A stretch of DNA of 64,000 bases from the NCBI GenBank assembly GCA_039586795.1, contig JBDHJS010000017.1, positions 1 through 64,000 on the forward strand. Reading direction: 5' to 3'. The position numbers and the translations under genes are program-made. Below the pieces are notes generated by a model. That model made no database searches, had not been told where the DNA came from, and saw only the letters and a program-made list of their open reading frames with translations. This document shows, piece by piece, positions 47,997-57,458 of the stretch (position 1 is the stretch's first letter; every line of letters begins with the position of its first letter). The stretch comes from Gemmatimonadota bacterium. GTDB taxonomy: Bacteria; Gemmatimonadota; Gemmatimonadetes; Palauibacterales; KS3-K002.

Positions 47997-48338
47997 CTAC
48001 GAGTTGGCCAACTCGTCGATCTTTGCCGCCATGATGAAGTCGTTCTCGTGAAGCCCCCCAATGGCGTGCGTATACAAGACCAGCGCTACCTCGCGATAGT
48101 GGATCTCGAAATCCGGGTGGTGGCCTTCCTCCTCCGCCAGATCGGCCACGCGGTTGACGAAGCGAATGGCCTCCGGGAAGGTGTCGAGCCGGAAGCTCCT
48201 ACGAAGTCGGGTGTGCCCCTCCTTCAACTCCCAGTCCGGCGTGGCGGACTGCAGGTCCCGGGCCTCTTCCGGCGTCAACGGCGGAACCCCACCCCTGCAA
48301 GGCGTACACGTTTTCCTAGCTAGCTCGCCAGCCTCCAT
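47997..48338 (-). CDS. phhB: Pterin-4-alpha-carbinolamine dehydratase
   Basis: CTPCRGG, AEEEGHHPD, YTHAIGGLHENDFIMAAKID; AAGGAGG RBS. Confidence 0.92.
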   Translation of the reverse strand: MEAGELARKTCTPCRGGVPPLTPEEARDLQSATPDWELKEGHTRLRRSFRLDTFPEAIRFVNRVADLAEEEGHHPDFEIHYREVALVLYTHAIGGLHENDFIMAAKIDELANS

Positions 48339-48398
48339 GGACCCTCCTTTTTCTGGCTAGAAATCTCTGTCCCTATGGATAAACGACGCGGGGAGCGA

Positions 48399-49103
48399 TC
48401 AGGTTTCTTCGGCCGGAGGCCGCTTAAGGGCGGCCAACCGAGAGCGGGCCGCCGCGGAGTGGGGTGAGTCGGGGTGTAGCCGCAGGAGGCGCTGCATCTC
48501 AGCCCTTTCACGCTCGGATTCACCCTGGGCCTCGTGGATGCTGGCGAGCCGTATCGAGATATAGGCATCCGTCTCCGGAGTGGTATCCGCGGCCTCACGA
48601 GCCCTGAGAAAGAACCGAACTGCCGTCTCCGGGTCATCTAGCTCCTGGAGACATAGGGCCGCTGCCCTCAGGCAGGGGCCGGGGTCGTCCGGATAGAGCG
48701 CCGCCTCCTCCTCCAAAGCCTGAACCGCCTCGGCGTGCGAACCGCGTGCCGCCAGCGCCTGGGCACGCCAGGAGGTCGGCGGCCGCGGGGACGAGTCGTG
48801 CGAGAAGTAGAGCCTGCCGATGACCGACGCGGTACCGCCGATCAAGTATCGGTACACGAACCAGTAGGCCAGCCACGGCCCGGCCAGGCCGAGGACAAGC
48901 CCCACCAGCAGGGCCATGGCCGGGCTCATTCCCCAAATCTCAGACGCGGCGGCCATGACCATCATGAAGAAGACGATGCTGGCAGGAGCGATCCAGAACG
49001 CCGCTTTAATGAATCGCGCCCGTTCCACGGCGTCGACGTCCTTGAGCGGTCGCTTACGCCGCTCGATCTCGCTTGCGTATTTACGGTCGTCCTTGTTTAC
49101 CAC
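48399..49103 (-). CDS. Two-TM membrane protein with C-terminal TPR-like helices
   Basis: Two hydrophobic segments followed by helical repeats ending HPDSPHSAAARSRL. Confidence 0.7.
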   Translation of the reverse strand: MVNKDDRKYASEIERRKRPLKDVDAVERARFIKAAFWIAPASIVFFMMVMAAASEIWGMSPAMALLVGLVLGLAGPWLAYWFVYRYLIGGTASVIGRLYFSHDSSPRPPTSWRAQALAARGSHAEAVQALEEEAALYPDDPGPCLRAAALCLQELDDPETAVRFFLRAREAADTTPETDAYISIRLASIHEAQGESERERAEMQRLLRLHPDSPHSAAARSRLAALKRPPAEET

Positions 49104-49818
49104 GGGACTTTCTAGGCTTCCGCGCCCGCCACGCCTCGCGGAGCGCTGTCTGGATGATCTTACTCCCCGCCCTGATCGTTCCCAAAACCGACCCGGAAAT
49201 CTTCGAGCGACCGGCTGGCCGCGGCAGGTGTGAAACCGGCACCTCGGTAATCGAAAGGCCTTCTGCGACCGCCCGCGCCTGCATTTCGACGTTCCAACCG
49301 TAGTCGCGGTCCTTTAGGGCGAGTCGTTTCAAAGCGTCGAAACGAATGGCTCGGAAAGGACCGAGATCACGAAATCGATAGCCGGCGATAGTACTGATAA
49401 TCCAGCAAGCCAGTCTATTACCGAACGAAACGTGGGCCGCAGTATCTTTGAATTGGCGATAGCCAATCACGAAATCAGCTTTGCCGCAGGCGATTGGCTC
49501 CAAGACGACCGGTAGCTCGTCGACCGGCTCCGACCCGTCTGCGTCGATGAATGCTACGACATCGGGTGGGCCGATCTGCTCCATCGACGCGAGTGCCGCG
49601 AGACAGGCGGCCCCATAACCGCGTCTCGCTTCGAATACGACGCACGCTCCATGCGCCGCCGCCTCGGCGGCCGTGCCGTCCGTCGATCCATTGTCGGCAA
49701 CCCAAACGACGTCCACAATATCGCGCGGAATGGAATCGAGTGTGGCGCCGACGACGCCCTCTTCATTCAGCGCGGGCATCACGACGCCGATCGAGAACCC
49801 CTGGAAAGATATCGCCAC
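49081..49818 (-). CDS. Glycosyltransferase family 2 (DPM-synthase-like)
   Basis: VVMPALNEE, ADNGSTDGT, RGYGAACL, FIDADG, DLGPFRAI, YGWNVEMQ, GRSKISG. Start uncertain. Confidence 0.9.
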   Translation of the reverse strand: MAISFQGFSIGVVMPALNEEGVVGATLDSIPRDIVDVVWVADNGSTDGTAAEAAAHGACVVFEARRGYGAACLAALASMEQIGPPDVVAFIDADGSEPVDELPVVLEPIACGKADFVIGYRQFKDTAAHVSFGNRLACWIISTIAGYRFRDLGPFRAIRFDALKRLALKDRDYGWNVEMQARAVAEGLSITEVPVSHLPRPAGRSKISGSVLGTIRAGSKIIQTALREAWRARKPRKSRGKQGRP

Positions 49819-49933
49819 TCTCCTTGCATGGTGATCGGTTGCGAGGATGAACGGATAGCGAGCCCGATCGCCCGGCGCAATCGTTAGCCCGCTCGACTCT
49901 GGTGCCGACAGACGTGTAATGCTAAAGAGTAGC

Positions 49934-51256
49934 ATGAACGGTGACGGCACCCAGCAGAGAACGGCGAGCCATCTCGTAGCCTTCACCGGCCTCGGCGTGG
50001 CGATGGCTCTCGTCTATGGGTCGCTAACGTCTCTAGTCCCATATGAGGAACAACCGGCGCTCGTGACGGCGAGCGCGCTTCTCGCCTTCGCACTTTACCT
50101 CTGCGCCGTGGGCGTCGCCGGCCAAATCTCCGGGCGCCTCGCGTTGCTAATCGCTCTGCTGCTGGGAGCGGTGTTCAGAGCTCTGCTGCTAACCGAGCCC
50201 CCATTCCTCAGCGACGACTACTTTCGTTATCTGTGGGACGGACTGGTCCAGACCAACGGGATCAACCCGTATCGCTTCGCTCCGGCGGACACTGCGCTGA
50301 CCGGAATCGACGACGCGCTGCGCTCGCAGGTGAACCATCCCGACGTGCCGACGATCTACCCGCCACTGGCACAGTTCATGTTCTTCCTCAACGCCACGCT
50401 GGTCGGCGGCTGGGTGGGCCTCAAGTTGATCTGGCTGGCATGCGATGCAGGGATCGCCGCGCTTTTATACCGACTGGTTCCGGCGGACCGCCGGCTTCAG
50501 ATGTGGACTCTGTACTGGTGGTCACCGCTGGTGGTGATCGAGATTGCATGGAGCGCGCATCTCGATCTACTCGGCGTGCTGCCGCTCGTGGTGGCGATAT
50601 GGTTGGCCAGGTCGGGGCGTGCGCACTCGGCCGCCCTCGGAGTCAGTCTCGCCGCCGCGGCGCTGGTCAAGTACTTCGCTGCGGCGCTTTTGCCCAACGG
50701 GACCCGCGGCGGCTCGACGCCGACCACGGTGGCAGCGTTTTCGGCCGCCGCAATCCTCCTGTACCTGCCTTACGCGGACGCCGGCGCCCGGCTCTTCGAG
50801 GGACTCCTAGCGTACGCCGAACACTGGCGATTCAACGATAGCCTGTACGGTGTGCTTGCTTGGGTCGTGCCTTCCGGGTGGGCGCCGCGTGCGATCGTCG
50901 CCGCAATCGTATTGCTAGTCGTCGCGCAATCGGTGCGTAACGAATGGACCCTCGAGCGAACCGCCTTCTGGCTGATCGGTACAATTCTGCTGCTGTCACC
51001 GACCGTGCACCCGTGGTACCTGGTCTGGATAGTCCCGCTGATCGCGATTCGTTTCAGCCGCGCCTGGCTCTTCCTGACGGGCTCCGTCTTCATCTCCTAC
51101 TACGGGCTAGAAACGTACCGGGAGATTGGCATCTGGCCCGAACCCTGGTGGACCAAACTGGCCATCTACGGTCCGTTCTTCGCCATGCTGATTGCAGGCA
51201 CCTGGTCGGGCTCGTGGCTGCAAGCGGCCGCAGAGGGATTCAAGTCACGACGGTGA
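49934..51256 (+). CDS. Polytopic GT-C fold glycosyltransferase (GT87/DUF2029-like)
   Basis: LSDDYFRYLWDG, GINPY, VNHPDVPTIYPP, WSPLVVIE, HLD, WRFNDS, SPTVHPWY. Confidence 0.85.
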   Translation: MNGDGTQQRTASHLVAFTGLGVAMALVYGSLTSLVPYEEQPALVTASALLAFALYLCAVGVAGQISGRLALLIALLLGAVFRALLLTEPPFLSDDYFRYLWDGLVQTNGINPYRFAPADTALTGIDDALRSQVNHPDVPTIYPPLAQFMFFLNATLVGGWVGLKLIWLACDAGIAALLYRLVPADRRLQMWTLYWWSPLVVIEIAWSAHLDLLGVLPLVVAIWLARSGRAHSAALGVSLAAAALVKYFAAALLPNGTRGGSTPTTVAAFSAAAILLYLPYADAGARLFEGLLAYAEHWRFNDSLYGVLAWVVPSGWAPRAIVAAIVLLVVAQSVRNEWTLERTAFWLIGTILLLSPTVHPWYLVWIVPLIAIRFSRAWLFLTGSVFISYYGLETYREIGIWPEPWWTKLAIYGPFFAMLIAGTWSGSWLQAAAEGFKSRR

Positions 51257-52616
51257 CCGCGGCCCGATTACGTCGGCGCGCCATGCTGCCGACAGCGACG
51301 GCGGTGAAGCCGTATTGGAAGAGCAAGAGAAAGGGTATGGACGCGTAGAGTCCGTTCGCCAGAGCGTAGGCGATCGCGATCGCTACGTATACGGCAAGAG
51401 CGGATTCGACTGCGGTACCCAACCAGTTGTTCCTGGGCCGGTACCCCACCCTAGCGCTACCCCGCTTGGGCGTTCGAACAAATTCCGGCTCGCCCCGACG
51501 CGCCAAGCCCGCCAGTAGGGCCCTGGCATTGTTGACCGACAATCCGATCCCCAACGCGAGAATCACCGGCACGTATAATAGGACGGCAAGCAGAAGCAGC
51601 GGCCATCCGTTTTGGAGGCGCACAATGGCGGCGGGAAACACCAGCACGGCCACAGCCAGCGTGAGCAGCGACGGCATGTAGGACGTCAGGTGCATGATCG
51701 CCTCCAGCTTCACACGCCACCCATGGCCATCGCGCAAGAGGTCGGGAAGTAGTTTGCGAGCTGTCTGCATCGAGCCCTGCGCCCACCGAGCCTGCTGGGT
51801 CTTGAACGACGTGATCTCGGCCGGTAGCTCACCGGGCACGACCACGTCGGGCAAAAAGACAAATCGCCAGCCTTTCATCTGTGCTCGGTAGCTAAGGTCC
51901 AGGTCCTCGGTCAGCGTGTCGGACTGCCAACCACCCGCTTCGCGCAGGCATTTGACACGCCAGATCCCGGCGGTACCGTTGAAGTTGAAAAAGAGACCGG
52001 CTGCGGCGCGAGCTCCGTGCTCGATGTGAAAGTGGGCGTTCAAGATGAGCGCCTGCGCACGCGTGAGCCACGAGGCGGTCTCATTCAGGTGCCCCCAGCG
52101 CGCCTGCACCATCCCGACTCCTGGATCCGCAAAAGGAGGCAGCAATAGGCGAAGCAGGTCCGGCTTGGGAACGAAATCGGCATCGAGCACCAAAACGAAT
52201 TCTCCGGCTGCCCGCTCGAGGCCATGAGCGAGAGCACCCGCTTTGTAGCCGGTGCGACGAGCGCGGCGAACATAGCGCACGTCGACGCCGGCGCCTCGGT
52301 GGTACGCGACTCGGCGGCGTGCCAACGCGGCGGTCTCGTCCGTCGAGTCGTCAAGCACCTGAATCTCGAGCCGGTCGCCAGGGTAGTCCAAAGCACACGC
52401 CGCATCGATCAAGCGCTCGACCACGTATCGCTCGTTGTAGATGGGAAGCTGAACGGTCACACGCGGTCTCCACTGTCCTGGACCAGGCGGCCTCGGGCGC
52501 CCGACGCTCATGCTTCGACGGCGGTAGACATACAGCAGCCAGCCCCTATGGAGACTATAGATGACGAGGGCCGCCAGGGTGCCGCCGTACGCGATGAGTA
52601 TCAGCTGGCCGAGCAT
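51240..52616 (-). CDS. Cellulose-synthase-like GT2 glycosyltransferase
   Basis: VTVQLPIYNE, QVLDDSTD, GYKAGAL, DADF, TLTEDLDLSYR, QQARWAQG. Confidence 0.92.
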   Translation of the reverse strand: MLGQLILIAYGGTLAALVIYSLHRGWLLYVYRRRSMSVGRPRPPGPGQWRPRVTVQLPIYNERYVVERLIDAACALDYPGDRLEIQVLDDSTDETAALARRRVAYHRGAGVDVRYVRRARRTGYKAGALAHGLERAAGEFVLVLDADFVPKPDLLRLLLPPFADPGVGMVQARWGHLNETASWLTRAQALILNAHFHIEHGARAAAGLFFNFNGTAGIWRVKCLREAGGWQSDTLTEDLDLSYRAQMKGWRFVFLPDVVVPGELPAEITSFKTQQARWAQGSMQTARKLLPDLLRDGHGWRVKLEAIMHLTSYMPSLLTLAVAVLVFPAAIVRLQNGWPLLLLAVLLYVPVILALGIGLSVNNARALLAGLARRGEPEFVRTPKRGSARVGYRPRNNWLGTAVESALAVYVAIAIAYALANGLYASIPFLLLFQYGFTAVAVGSMARRRNRAAVTVVT

Positions 52617-52922
52617 CTGAAACCCGAGATCATATTAGACATGACACCCGACTTTACATCGTGGGGTGCGTGGCCGCCAGCGCCTTGACGGCATCGCCCC
52701 CGTCTCATAGGTGTGTGGTCTGATGTTTCGAGAACTGTCATCGAACACTCACGAGATCGTTCGGTTCCCGGGAACCGATCTGCGCGCGCGACTGTTCAGA
52801 CCGAGCCAGGACAACGTGGCTCGCCGACGAACGGTGGCGAGCCAGCGAAATAGACCACTGAACTGGAGAAAGATTTGGCGGTGGCTGTGGGGCTTACCGA
52901 CTCTGCTGCGACGGTACGGACC

Positions 52923-53636
52923 GTGAAGAAATCGAGCACCGGACGACGCCTGGGGCTACGTGCCCTCCTGCTCGCCGTTCTTTTCCTCGGCGGATTGGCA
53001 CTGTTCCGCTGGACGCCGCTTTCACAATACGCCAACCCGGAAGTCATCGCCGAGTTTTTCCGAAGCCTCGGCACGCCCTGGTGGTCGCCGCTGGTCTTCG
53101 TGCCGTTGTACGCGTTCAGCGTGGCGTTCGGGATGCCCGGCACGATACCCACGCTGGCGGGCGGTGCGATCTTCGGCGTGGCGCGCGGGATGTTGTTCAA
53201 TACGATCGCCGCCAACCTGGGCGCCTTGTTCGCCTTCCTGGTCGCACGCTACCTGGGTCGGGATTTCGTTGCGAAGATTCTCAAAGGCAGAGCGGCGATG
53301 TTGGACGAGAAGATCGGCGACCACGGGTTCGGGACGATGCTATACCTGAGGCTCATCCCGCTCGTCCCCTTCAACGCATTGAACTTTGGAGCTGGCCTTT
53401 CACGTATTTCGTTGCGCCACTACGTCCTGGGCACACTCATCGGAATGCTGCCCGGCACCCTAGTCTACACTTACTTCGCCGACGCCCTCATGGTCGGAAC
53501 GGGCGAAGCCCGCCGCGAGGCCTTCATAAACTTCTTGATAGCGGCGTCCGTGCTGGTGGCGTTTACCGTGTTGACGTGGTGGATCCGAAAGCGACGGTCA
53601 GCGCGCTCCGTCCTTGCCAAGCCAGGCGAGAATTAG
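52923..53636 (+). CDS. TVP38/TMEM64 (DedA/VTT) family membrane protein
   Basis: PGTIPTLAGGAIFG, AFLVARYLGR, LRLIPLVPFNALNFGAGL, GMLPGT. Confidence 0.9.
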   Translation: MKKSSTGRRLGLRALLLAVLFLGGLALFRWTPLSQYANPEVIAEFFRSLGTPWWSPLVFVPLYAFSVAFGMPGTIPTLAGGAIFGVARGMLFNTIAANLGALFAFLVARYLGRDFVAKILKGRAAMLDEKIGDHGFGTMLYLRLIPLVPFNALNFGAGLSRISLRHYVLGTLIGMLPGTLVYTYFADALMVGTGEARREAFINFLIAASVLVAFTVLTWWIRKRRSARSVLAKPGEN

Positions 53637-54641
53637 TCCACCGCCGACCCCGACCGTGACGTAGTTGTTAAAGAAACGCCAGACCGCCGTGTAGGGAACG
53701 ATGAGCCCGGGCGTCAAGAACGGCGCCATGATGGCGGCGACGATCACCTCTCCTATGCCGGCGCCGCTGGGCACCGGGATCACGAACAGTAAGTACTGGA
53801 CGACGATGTGGAGTAGCATCACCTCGCGGAACGGTGCTTCGACGACAAAGCCTCGCAGGACTACATAGCCCAACACGAAACGTGAGCCGAAGTGGATGAC
53901 TCCGCTCAGCACCGCCAGCACGAAGTTCAGTTTGCCCGACTTCCAATAAGCGACGATGCCGACGTGTATCTCGTCGAATTGATGAAGCACACGCGCAATG
54001 CGCGGGTGTTCGGACCCCATCGTGCGCCGGATCGCGCTGCGAGCGACGCCCGGCAGGAGCGCGAGCCCGACAATCACCACCACACCGATCGCGAACAGCC
54101 AGGCCGACCATCTGAACAGTGCGGCGGCTGAAAGGTTGGCGATCGGCAGGCGAATCTCCGCCACGGTTCCGGTGGCCCCCAGCGCCCAGGCGACGAGTCC
54201 AGCCAGCGAGAGAAAGATCACGTTCGACAGGAACGACATGGCGTTGACGGCGGCGGCGCGGCCGAAGCTGACGCCCTGTCGCATGAGGCCATAGACCGTT
54301 CCGGTTGCGCTGCCCGTCGACGACGGAGTGATATACCCCATCGCAGTATTTACCACGCTGATCTGCGTACATTCATAAAAGGAGAGGCGACTCTCGTGTG
54401 GGCCGGTCAGCGCTTTGAAGCGCATCCCGCCGCCGATCCAGCCGAGCACAGCAAGCCCGGCGGCGGGTAGGAACCACTGCGGGTTGAACTGCTGTAGGCT
54501 GGATAGCTCCTGCGCCCAATTCTTTGAAACCAGGAACAGGAACATGAAGCCGACCACAGACGCGGCGGCGAAAATGACTAGCCCCCATCGGATGACGGAG
54601 ACCGGTATCCCGGCGACGTTAGTCGGTCGCTTCTCCCCCAC
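53598..54641 (-). CDS. Lysylphosphatidylglycerol-synthase TM region (flippase-like) family protein
   Basis: Multi-TM; YITPSSTGS, PVPSGAGIGE, VWRFFNNY. Confidence 0.75.
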   Translation of the reverse strand: MGEKRPTNVAGIPVSVIRWGLVIFAAASVVGFMFLFLVSKNWAQELSSLQQFNPQWFLPAAGLAVLGWIGGGMRFKALTGPHESRLSFYECTQISVVNTAMGYITPSSTGSATGTVYGLMRQGVSFGRAAAVNAMSFLSNVIFLSLAGLVAWALGATGTVAEIRLPIANLSAAALFRWSAWLFAIGVVVIVGLALLPGVARSAIRRTMGSEHPRIARVLHQFDEIHVGIVAYWKSGKLNFVLAVLSGVIHFGSRFVLGYVVLRGFVVEAPFREVMLLHIVVQYLLFVIPVPSGAGIGEVIVAAIMAPFLTPGLIVPYTAVWRFFNNYVTVGVGGGLILAWLGKDGAR

Positions 54642-54665
54642 CCCGTTGCCCGCGTTCAGTCGAGC

Positions 54666-55208
54666 CTACCGACGCGGCCAGACCTGTCGGCCTGTGAGGT
54701 GCAGGTAAGAACGCAGCCAGAAGCTTGGGCGTTCGTGATACCTGTAGCGAACCGTCCCACCATCGCTCGTCTTCACGTCGATAGGCGAGCGTCCGCGCAG
54801 GATGATCCGATCGTCGCGACACACACTGAACTGCATCGGGCGTTCGCTACGCATACGACGCTGGCGCTGTCTACTGGCCCGGACCTGGTGACGCGATTCG
54901 CGTCTGCGTTGGCGACGCTCCCTCAGCTCACCGGCACGTCTCTGAATGGAGTCGACCCGGTCGCTCCACGCATCACGCCCGGCGCGAGCGCTGCCTCGGG
55001 CTCGCTCACCCGCCTGACGAAGGCGCGTCCCGGTTCGACGCCGAGCTTCGTCCGCATACTCGGCGGCGCGACCCGCCGTTTCGCCCAGCGTGCCGCTGGC
55101 CACTTCAACCGCTTCGACGAACCGATCCGCCAGTCTCTCGACGAACGACTTCCGGCCCGCTAGTCCCAACAGTTCGAACAACACTTTCTTTTCTCCGATC
55201 CGGTTCAC
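54666..55208 (-). CDS. Arg-rich hypothetical protein
   Basis: GTG 55208 overlaps the upstream TGA; helical Ala/Arg-rich middle. Confidence 0.55.
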   Translation of the reverse strand: MNRIGEKKVLFELLGLAGRKSFVERLADRFVEAVEVASGTLGETAGRAAEYADEARRRTGTRLRQAGERARGSARAGRDAWSDRVDSIQRRAGELRERRQRRRESRHQVRASRQRQRRMRSERPMQFSVCRDDRIILRGRSPIDVKTSDGGTVRYRYHERPSFWLRSYLHLTGRQVWPRR

Positions 55209-55795
55209 AGCAACTGTATTAGCTGCTGCGGATCCAGCTGCTCCCAATCCATCCCGACAACCACATGGGCCAACCCGGACTGCGCGATTCTCATCTGAGC
55301 CGCCCGGCGACCCCAGAAATACGTGGCGATCTCTCCGACGGTCGCCGGCGTTGGCTGTTTGGTACCCTGAACAGCCAGATGCCGCACCGGCTTACCCTCG
55401 AAGAGCGATGCCTCATCATCAAAATCGATGCCGTACATCACCTGGACCCCAAACGACAGGTCCCGGATGTGGTCCGGTCGGTCTCCGGGCCAACGGTTCC
55501 AATCGCGCTCCAACTCCTGCAGATCGATCCAGTTCTCTCGCTGCTCGGCATGAACACGCAATTGCCGCGCCACATGCCGTAGCTCGATGGCGCCCGGCGA
55601 CAGGTCGACGATCTCTTGGCCCACGTATCCCGGAGGCCTGGGATCGATAATGATCCAGTGACTAGGTCCGGGTGTGCTCCCGCGGTCGAATGAAAACGGC
55701 ACGAATTCTGTATTCCTGGGGCTGTGACCCCTTCGTAATCGAATAACCGATCCCTTGCACACTCCTAAGATCTGTCCGCCGGCCACCGCGGGCAA
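55205..55795 (-). CDS. Hypothetical protein (true start probably near 55624)
   Basis: The C-terminal 140 aa look protein-like and are coupled to the next gene. The N-terminal part is doubtful. Confidence 0.55.
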   Translation of the reverse strand: MPAVAGGQILGVCKGSVIRLRRGHSPRNTEFVPFSFDRGSTPGPSHWIIIDPRPPGYVGQEIVDLSPGAIELRHVARQLRVHAEQRENWIDLQELERDWNRWPGDRPDHIRDLSFGVQVMYGIDFDDEASLFEGKPVRHLAVQGTKQPTPATVGEIATYFWGRRAAQMRIAQSGLAHVVVGMDWEQLDPQQLIQLL

Positions 55796-55993
55796 CCGCT
55801 ACTCTCACACTACGAACTTCATCTCGTGGCCGTTTCCGGCTCCTCGGACAGGCATGCCAGAACACTTGACCCCGTTACCCGCGGAGGCCCAGACTTCAAC
55901 GACACCGCCCACACGGTGGATCTGGCTAGGGAGCGTCGAGCGGTCTGGGACAGAAATAAGCCACCGGCCAGAGGTCACCAGCCCCCTGGGAGC

Positions 55994-57445
55994 ATGGAAA
56001 TGCGTAACGCTTTTCGTACTTGCCTGTCTCTCGTCGCAACCGTATCGATGGCCACACCGCTCGCCGGCCAAAGCGCGGATCCAGAGAAGCTGCAGCTCGA
56101 GCCCTGCACATTGCAGGGCACCGAGTACGAGGTCCGCTGCGGAACCTACACGGTTTTCGAGAACCGAGACGCCGCCTCCGGCCGCACGATCGATCTCAAC
56201 ATCATCGTTCTCCCGGCACGTAGTGAAGACCGCGAACCCGACCCGGTCTTCTACCTGACCGGCGGACCCGGCCTTGCCGCGACGAAGGTTGCGAGCGGCA
56301 TGCGCTTCGCCTGGTACGGCGACAAACGGGACATCGTGCTGGTGGATCAGCGCGGCACGGGCAAATCCAACGGATTGGACTGTGCAATCGTCGCCGATGA
56401 GAACGATCTCCAAGGCTACCTCGACCCCGCGTTCAGGACCGAGGTGTTCGAGCCATGCCGAAGAGAGCTCGAGAAGATCGCGGACCTCACGCAGTACACG
56501 ACGCCGATCGCGATGGACGACCTGAACGAGGTCCGTGAGGCGCTGGGCTACGACAAGATCAACGTAATGGGCGGGTCGTACGGCAGTCGGGCGACGCTCG
56601 TCTACATGCGACGGCACCCGGAAACGGTACGGACGGCGATCGTGAACGGTGTGGCGCCGATCGCGTTCCGCAATCCGCTCTATCACGCACGGGAAGCGCA
56701 GGACGCGCTGGAACTGACGTTCAGAGAGTGCGCCGAGGAAGAAGCGTGTCACGCGGCGTTTCCGAATTTGGAGCGCGAGTTCGACGAAGTCATCGCGCGG
56801 CTGGAGCAGCAGCCGGCAACAGTCTCTTACACGGATCCCAATACCGGCCAGACCGTCGACCTGCAGATGACTCGATACGCTTTTGCCGAAGCACTGCGCA
56901 CGACGCTCTACTACATGCCCGGCGCCCGCAATGCGCCTCTGCTCATCCACAAGGCATACAACGGCGACTATCAGTTTTTCGTCGAGACGGGCATGCAGTC
57001 GAACCGCGCGATCGTCGACATGCTGCAGTTCGGAATGCTGTTGTCGGTGACCTGCCCCGAAGACCTGGCGCGAATCGAACCCGACGAGATCCCCGCCCTG
57101 ACGGACGGCACGTTCCTGGGCGATAACCGGGTACGCAACCAGATGGCGGCCTGCGAGATTTGGCCGAAGGGGAATGTCCCGGACGACTACGGCGAGCCGG
57201 TTTCGGTCGACGTGCCAACGCTGGTGCTCTCCGGCACGAACGACCCGGTGACGTCGCCGCGCTGGGGCGATGAGGCGGCCAGCCATCTACCGAACAGCTT
57301 GCATCTCGTCGTGCCGGCGGCGCACGGCGCCAGCGGACCCTGCGTAACCTTCATCTCGGCCCAGTTCCTGAAGGAGGCGTCGGTCGACGATCTCGATACC
57401 GCCTGCGTCTCGGAGATCAAGCTACCCCGATTCCGGACCCAGTAG
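55994..57445 (+). CDS. Secreted alpha/beta-hydrolase, TAP-like peptidase
   Basis: Signal peptide; LTGGPG, DQRGTGKS, GGSYGS nucleophile elbow, GTNDPVT, PAAHG. Confidence 0.9.
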   Translation: MEMRNAFRTCLSLVATVSMATPLAGQSADPEKLQLEPCTLQGTEYEVRCGTYTVFENRDAASGRTIDLNIIVLPARSEDREPDPVFYLTGGPGLAATKVASGMRFAWYGDKRDIVLVDQRGTGKSNGLDCAIVADENDLQGYLDPAFRTEVFEPCRRELEKIADLTQYTTPIAMDDLNEVREALGYDKINVMGGSYGSRATLVYMRRHPETVRTAIVNGVAPIAFRNPLYHAREAQDALELTFRECAEEEACHAAFPNLEREFDEVIARLEQQPATVSYTDPNTGQTVDLQMTRYAFAEALRTTLYYMPGARNAPLLIHKAYNGDYQFFVETGMQSNRAIVDMLQFGMLLSVTCPEDLARIEPDEIPALTDGTFLGDNRVRNQMAACEIWPKGNVPDDYGEPVSVDVPTLVLSGTNDPVTSPRWGDEAASHLPNSLHLVVPAAHGASGPCVTFISAQFLKEASVDDLDTACVSEIKLPRFRTQ

Positions 57446-57458
57446 GCCAATGTGCTGG

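Noticed and set aside
55805..57286. 493-aa minus-strand ORF
   Set aside because: Antisense shadow of the TAP-like hydrolase.
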